DNA of 62,704 nucleotides from Candidatus Aminicenantes bacterium (lineage in GTDB: Bacteria > Acidobacteriota > Aminicenantia > Aminicenantales > CALLJL01). A model generated the notes under the pieces. The model had not been told where the DNA came from, did no database searches, and saw nothing but the letters and a program-made list of their open reading frames with translations. A program made the position numbers and the translations under genes. Location of the stretch: NCBI GenBank assembly GCA_037441905.1, contig JBBIRF010000012.1, positions 1-62,704 on the forward strand, read 5' to 3'. Positions 58,009 to 62,704 of the stretch are shown here, one piece after another. The stretch's first letter is position 1, and every line of letters begins with the position of its first letter.

Positions 58009-59466
58009 TCAGAACATTAATCTGAACCCGAGGGCAAGTTTATGATTCTTCGAGAAGGAACGTCCTTCGCCGACGGCTCCGCGGGCTTCAAAGAAGAGTG
58101 ACCCCATCGAGTCATAATGGTTAAAAACATCAACTCCCAGCTCACCCACCAGCTCCAGAGAACCTTTCTGGTCGCTCCTGGATTTGGTCGAAAAACCAAG
58201 ACCACCGCCGAAGAAAGCCGGGCCCGAATGATAGAGAAGCAGAACATTCCCCATCAAGAAAGTCTTCCAGGGGTCTCCTTTAAGGGCAAGACCCGGGCCA
58301 GCGCTTATGAGCAAGTCCAGCGGGTCAGGAATTATCCGGTAAAGAAAACCGACCCGGCCAAAAAAGTAAGGCCCATGACTCCCTTTGGCAAATAACGGCC
58401 CGCCCTCGACAGCAAAGAAACTCCTCTTTGGAGTCACCTCAAACGTGACGCGGCAGGGTTCGGAAACAGCGCCAAAATCATCGGTCACATAAGCAGTCAC
58501 TGTAAATGTCCCACCTTTAAGAAATGTCTTGCTCCAGGTAAAGGGTTTTTCAGTATCGCTGAACTTATCAACTACTTTGCCCGCCTGGTCGGTTAACTCA
58601 AAATCAACCCGGGTCACCTGGCCGTCGGGGTCGGTCGATTCTGAGGCGTCAAAGGTGATCGGCTTGCCGACATAATTCAAGCAGGTCACACACGTGGCGG
58701 AAAGCTTGCAGACAGGCGGGAAATTCACATGAACCTTAGCCTCGCAAGGGTTTGTCGATGGTTTATCCGCCAGGTTAACTGCCTGGCCTTGAAAGCGATA
58801 ATCACCTGATTTGTCCAGGGTCATTGTTATCTTTGCGGCCTCAGGAGTTAAGCGGTGGGTAGCAATTTTGGCGCCGTCAGGACCGAAGACTTCAACAGTC
58901 ATCGCCTTCGCGTTCTTCGTGCCGCTCATGTCAATAGTGACCTTGTCTTTGGGGCCAATCTTGTTCGGAGTTACCACCAGACTGCATACAGCTTCAGGAG
59001 GGGGAACATCCTCAACGCGGCGCAAGGAAATGTTACCGCAAGGCCGAGGCATGACGAATTCGTATTTTTTCCAATCCTTGACCACGTAAAACGAAAAGAC
59101 ATCCAGCGGTTTTTTGCCCGCCCATTCAACATCGGTTACGACCTTCACTTTTCCCTGGGAGCGGAAAAGCATCCACATCAGCCGGTCACCTATAGGCAAG
59201 GATTTTTCTTCGAAGCTCGCTTGCCGGAGCTGTTCCATAAAAGGAAGATAAAGGTCGCCGGCTCCCGCCAAATCAAACCCATACTTGATATCGCCAGCAT
59301 AAAGCTCGACGAGCCTTTTCATAACTTCCTGCGTGGGGACAACTCCCCGGATGCGGACAAAGGTGTACCGGCCGATACTCGTTAGCTTCTTCGGCTGCCC
59401 GAACAAAGAGAGTGAGGTGAGGAGAAGGAAAATTAACAAAAAGACGAAAGCACCTTTTCTTTTCAT
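58009..59466 (-). CDS. Exported protein: unknown N-domain + Ig/PKD domains + C-terminal beta-barrel-like region
   Basis: Signal peptide; PKD motif ITFDASESTDPDG...VTAYVTDDFGA; C-terminal LALGFRLMF. Confidence 0.75.
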   Translation of the reverse strand: MKRKGAFVFLLIFLLLTSLSLFGQPKKLTSIGRYTFVRIRGVVPTQEVMKRLVELYAGDIKYGFDLAGAGDLYLPFMEQLRQASFEEKSLPIGDRLMWMLFRSQGKVKVVTDVEWAGKKPLDVFSFYVVKDWKKYEFVMPRPCGNISLRRVEDVPPPEAVCSLVVTPNKIGPKDKVTIDMSGTKNAKAMTVEVFGPDGAKIATHRLTPEAAKITMTLDKSGDYRFQGQAVNLADKPSTNPCEAKVHVNFPPVCKLSATCVTCLNYVGKPITFDASESTDPDGQVTRVDFELTDQAGKVVDKFSDTEKPFTWSKTFLKGGTFTVTAYVTDDFGAVSEPCRVTFEVTPKRSFFAVEGGPLFAKGSHGPYFFGRVGFLYRIIPDPLDLLISAGPGLALKGDPWKTFLMGNVLLLYHSGPAFFGGGLGFSTKSRSDQKGSLELVGELGVDVFNHYDSMGSLFFEARGAVGEGRSFSKNHKLALGFRLMF

Positions 59467-59595
59467 TGCCTACCTCCTCATTTTTTGCCGAAATTTTTTT
59501 TAGTAAGAAGCAAAATCACTTTTAGATTAGCTAATTATGGCAAGCAAAGTCAAGAAAAATAATAGGCTAAAAGAACAAGTTCAGCCGGAAAGCAA

Positions 59596-60282
59596 TCAGG
59601 CTGATAAAAACCTGGAAATGATACGGCTAATTACGCCGCTATCGCGCGGCTGAGAACGCAGGGCCGCCTCGTACAGCTCCCGGTGAGGCCGGGCTTGGGC
59701 CAAAAGCTTGGCCAAGAAATCGCGGGCCTCAGGAATACTGATTTCCGGGTGGAACTGAATTCCCCAGATTTTTTTCCCTGTTACCTCGAAAGCTTGAACC
59801 GAACAATCCGGCGTTGAAGCCAGCACCCTGAACGGCGGCCTGAGGTTAATAACCTCATCGAAGTGAATGGAAAAGGCAAAAAAACTATCAAGCTCGCCAA
59901 ACAGCTGATTGTTTTCCGCCGCCTTGATTTCAATCCAGCCAATTTCCGGCCGGGAGGCCCTCCGGACATATTCTTCACCCAACAAGGCCAGGGCCAGGAG
60001 TTGATGGCCGTAGCAGCTCCCCAAAAGAGCCAGGTCTCTCCTCGCCGCCTCCTGGACGAATGCAACTTCTTCCTCTACCCAATCATCTCTTTCGACGATC
60101 GAGGCTTCAGAACCCGTCAAAATCAGATGAGTGTAGCCATCATCCAGGTCAGGCAATCTCCCTTCCGGCGCCCGGAATGATTCAACCGGGAAGGGAATGT
60201 ATTTTGCCCAATGGGCTACCGGCGTGTATAAACCAGGGTCGAGGGAATTGTCGATAATGGCTATCCGTGGAGTCCGGCTCAT
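59596..60282 (-). CDS. Class I glutamine amidotransferase-like protein
   Basis: ILTGS, GSCYGHQLL, GIQFHPE triad. Confidence 0.9.
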   Translation of the reverse strand: MSRTPRIAIIDNSLDPGLYTPVAHWAKYIPFPVESFRAPEGRLPDLDDGYTHLILTGSEASIVERDDWVEEEVAFVQEAARRDLALLGSCYGHQLLALALLGEEYVRRASRPEIGWIEIKAAENNQLFGELDSFFAFSIHFDEVINLRPPFRVLASTPDCSVQAFEVTGKKIWGIQFHPEISIPEARDFLAKLLAQARPHRELYEAALRSQPRDSGVISRIISRFLSA

Positions 60283-60363
60283 TCTGCCTCCTCAGACGAT
60301 AATTTTTGACCATAAAAAACAGGGTCTGAGCCAAAGGTTTATATATAATAGCGATAAAATATT

Positions 60364-60393
60364 TTGAGTTCAAACCGGATTTTTTGTTATAAT
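60364..60393 (+). promoter_or_regulatory. Putative extended -10 promoter for the ACT gene
   Basis: TTGAGT-N18 with TGT-TATAAT. Confidence 0.5.
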
Positions 60394-60419
60394 GAGGCGA
60401 CTTGACAGGAGGAAAAAGA

Positions 60420-60815
60420 GTGTTTCAGGTCAAGGAAGCAACAGAGCTCTTGGTAGTTACGCCCAACGAACCGGGAATTCTCGGGAGAGTACTGAGTACT
60501 TTGGCTAACGCCGGGATTAACCTCATTGCTCTGAATGCTTATGCCGAGGGAGAGAGAGGCATTTTTCACCTGATGACATCCGATAACAGCCTGGCGCAAA
60601 AATGCCTTAAATCCCTCGGGTATAAAGTGAAGCTTCAAAAAGTAATAACGTGCGAAATCGGCGACCGCGTTGGCGCGGCGGCCGAGGTTGGAGCCTTGCT
60701 CGGGAATGCGGCTATTGATATTCATTATTGTTATGGCACGTCGGCCGGCCTGGGAAAAGCCCTTCTCGTATTCCGGACGAATCGGCAAAAAAAGGCGCTG
60801 GAAACCTTGCAATAA
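60420..60815 (+). CDS. Tandem ACT-domain protein
   Basis: NEPGILGRVLSTLANAGINL and DRVGAAAEVGALLGNAAIDIHYCY; GTG start after AGGAGG. Confidence 0.85.
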   Translation: MFQVKEATELLVVTPNEPGILGRVLSTLANAGINLIALNAYAEGERGIFHLMTSDNSLAQKCLKSLGYKVKLQKVITCEIGDRVGAAAEVGALLGNAAIDIHYCYGTSAGLGKALLVFRTNRQKKALETLQ

Positions 60816-60982
60816 AAGGTGAATCCGAGTATTCTTCCGTCTAATCAACCGCCAAAAAGAAACAGCTTAAAGTTTACGCGGGAAAAAGAGCACATCAACA
60901 ACAAATTGTTTAACAGCGCGGAGAGCGACGCAATTTTCCAATTGGGTTCAGCCTAAAAATTTGTTCTTAATCTTTCACTAAG

Positions 60983-62026
60983 ATGAGAATCGCCGTCGTC
61001 ACCTCTCATATCCCGTTTGTCGAGGGTGGCCATCTGGCCATTGCCCGTTCCACAGTTCTCGCTCTCAGGGAACACGGGCATGAAGCCGAGCTTATCCTTA
61101 CTCCCCAGAACCGCTTTGGCCGTGTTTTTGAGGCTTATCTGGCCAACTTTTTAACCGATGTCAGAGAGGACGGGCTTGGCCGGCCTATCGACCAGGTGAT
61201 TTCCTTCCGCTATCCCAGCTTTGCCTGCCAGCATCCAGTTCATGTCAACTGGCTCAACCATCGCTTTCGGGAATATTACGACCTATGGGACCAGTTTGCA
61301 GGGAGACTTTCCTGGCCAGGCCGGCTGAAGGAGGGTTTCAAGCGCTGGTTTATTCACCGTCTGGATAACTATTTTCTCAAGCGGCGGGTCAAAAAGGTTT
61401 TCGCCCAGTCGAAAACGATCCAGGAAAGGCTCAGCCGCTGGGGGAAGATTCCCGCCGAGGTTCTGTATCCGCCACCGCCCCAGCGGTCTTACCGGCTGGA
61501 AAAATACGGCGATTTCCTGCTTTCTGTCTCCAGGCTCCAGAAGCTCAAGAGGGTCGACCTGCTCCTTCAAGCTATGGCCCGGTGCCGCTCAGCCACGTTC
61601 CGGTTAATAATTATCGGCGACGGCCCCGAAAGGGCCAGGCTTGAAAAGATGGCCGAGGAATTAGGCCTCAAGGAAAGGGTGGAACTTCGAGGCTGGACTG
61701 ACGATAAAGCCCTGCTTCAGGCTTATGCCGAGTGCCGGGCAGTCTATTTTGGCCCCTACCAGGAAGACTATGGCCTGGTTACCATCGAGGCTTTTTCCGC
61801 CGGTAAACCCGTTATAACCTGCGCTGACAGCGGCGGACCGGTAGAGTTAGTTTCGGCTTCGGGGGGAGGGATGGTGGTTCCGGCTCAGATAGAAGCGATA
61901 AGCTCGGCCTTAGAAAAAATTATGACCGACCTTTCGCTGGCTGAGAGGTTGGGTCAGCAAGGTATGCGTTTTGCCTCAGAAATTACATGGGAAAAAACAG
62001 TGGCTAAACTTATCCTCAGCGAATAG
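60983..62026 (+). CDS. Glycosyltransferase family 4
   Basis: VSRLQKLKRVDLL, GDGPE, EDYGLVTIEA, SGGPVE. Confidence 0.92.
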   Translation: MRIAVVTSHIPFVEGGHLAIARSTVLALREHGHEAELILTPQNRFGRVFEAYLANFLTDVREDGLGRPIDQVISFRYPSFACQHPVHVNWLNHRFREYYDLWDQFAGRLSWPGRLKEGFKRWFIHRLDNYFLKRRVKKVFAQSKTIQERLSRWGKIPAEVLYPPPPQRSYRLEKYGDFLLSVSRLQKLKRVDLLLQAMARCRSATFRLIIIGDGPERARLEKMAEELGLKERVELRGWTDDKALLQAYAECRAVYFGPYQEDYGLVTIEAFSAGKPVITCADSGGPVELVSASGGGMVVPAQIEAISSALEKIMTDLSLAERLGQQGMRFASEITWEKTVAKLILSE

Positions 62027-62081
62027 AGAAAAAACCGGCTGAATAAATCAGGTTTTTGATTAGATCTTCCTCACACGGTTG

Positions 62082-62351
62082 TTAAATACAGGAGACCTTA
62101 AAAATAACCCCTTTCGGGTCGGGACAGGTCAGGTATTCAGTCTCGGCAATCCAATCATCGTCAGGCAACTCATCCTCCCTCTGCTTGGCCGTTAAGAAAG
62201 GGAAAAGACTATTGAGAGCAAACAGGCACACCCGCTTTCCAGCGGGGATTTCAATCGTCCCCTCTCCCCGAATGAAGAAATGGTCGCCGACTTTGTGCTT
62301 GGCTCCGCAACGCTCTTTGATTTCAGCCACTTCCACCCTAAGCTCTCTCAT
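62082..62351 (-). CDS. TIGR04076-family small Cys-containing protein
   Basis: C..KHKVGD.F, VCLFAL..LFP, CPDP..VIFKV. Confidence 0.75.
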   Translation of the reverse strand: MRELRVEVAEIKERCGAKHKVGDHFFIRGEGTIEIPAGKRVCLFALNSLFPFLTAKQREDELPDDDWIAETEYLTCPDPKGVIFKVSCI

Positions 62352-62428
62352 CCCGCCTCCTTTGTTTCTTTTCTAAGTTATCAACCTTACTATAAATCGG
62401 GCAGGCTCAAAAGGCAAATTTTTCAAGC

Positions 62429-62600
62429 TATGGGTTTCCCCGAATTACCCTTCTCTGCCAGCCGCCCCCCATTTTGAGGCCGTCCTTTATAAACTTAATT
62501 TTTCCCTTTCCGGCGATAAAGCCTTGGGCTAACTCCCCATAATTCGGGCATGAGGGGAGGCTTTTTTCCCGTAAAAATTATGGGGGAATTATGGGATATG
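62429..62600. repeat. Degenerate CCCC(G/AT)AATT / AATTATGGG repeats
   Basis: TATGGGTTTCCCCGAATTA, CTCCCCATAATTC, AAATTATGGGGGAATTATGGG. Confidence 0.35.
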
Positions 62601-62704
62601 GGCCGGTTAATCCCCTGAGGTCATAAGAATTTCCTCTGGCAGCCCGGCTGTGGTTGACAAAGCAGGGAAAATTAGCTTAAAATTAAAAGCTAAGCCAGGA
62701 GATA

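Noticed and set aside
1786-62477. Numerous antisense and alternate-frame ORFs of 60-210 aa in the ORF track (e.g. 25318-25950, 34553-35164, 48100-48702, 52782-53345)
   Set aside because: They overlap well-supported genes, lack motifs and RBSs, and are expected shadow ORFs at this GC content

Overview
Bacterial chromosomal window of mostly housekeeping, energy and envelope genes. Gene style (TonB-type receptors, TolB-N/TPR protein, sortilin/BNR propeller, tandem DUF507, Thr-type sulfatase, many peptidases) suggests an anaerobic Acidobacteriota/Aminicenantia-like organism (inference). From left to right: a truncated L,D-transpeptidase-like gene and a DUF4398-like lipoprotein behind a structured leader with a strong-RBS micro-ORF; malic enzyme; an MBL hydrolase coupled to a partial complex I operon (nuoA-I, no nuoJ-N). 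A variable region (about 12-22.6 kb) follows, with a Thr-type sulfatase-like lipoprotein, a radical SAM enzyme with a CX5CX2C motif and a separately encoded twitch/SPASM protein, gene relics and a TPR protein. It also holds an AT-rich cargo (ISL3 relic plus GH53-like gene) bracketed by two inward-facing IS91/ISCR oriIS-like ends with scattered transposase-tail relics. Then come peptidases, an orphan lpdA, a TonB-type receptor, an Fe-S/CCG oxidoreductase, ltaE, a PASTA-rpe-epimerase-bamD-barrel-subtilase-recN run, miaB, a K+-independent H+-PPase, nusA-infB-ylxP-rbfA-nrnA-truB, two DUF507 genes, a thioesterase, a BNR propeller protein, a PKD/barrel protein, a GATase, an ACT protein, a GT4 and a TIGR04076-like gene. 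I recognised no tRNA, rRNA or CRISPR array. All family calls are from motif recognition by eye, not database searches.
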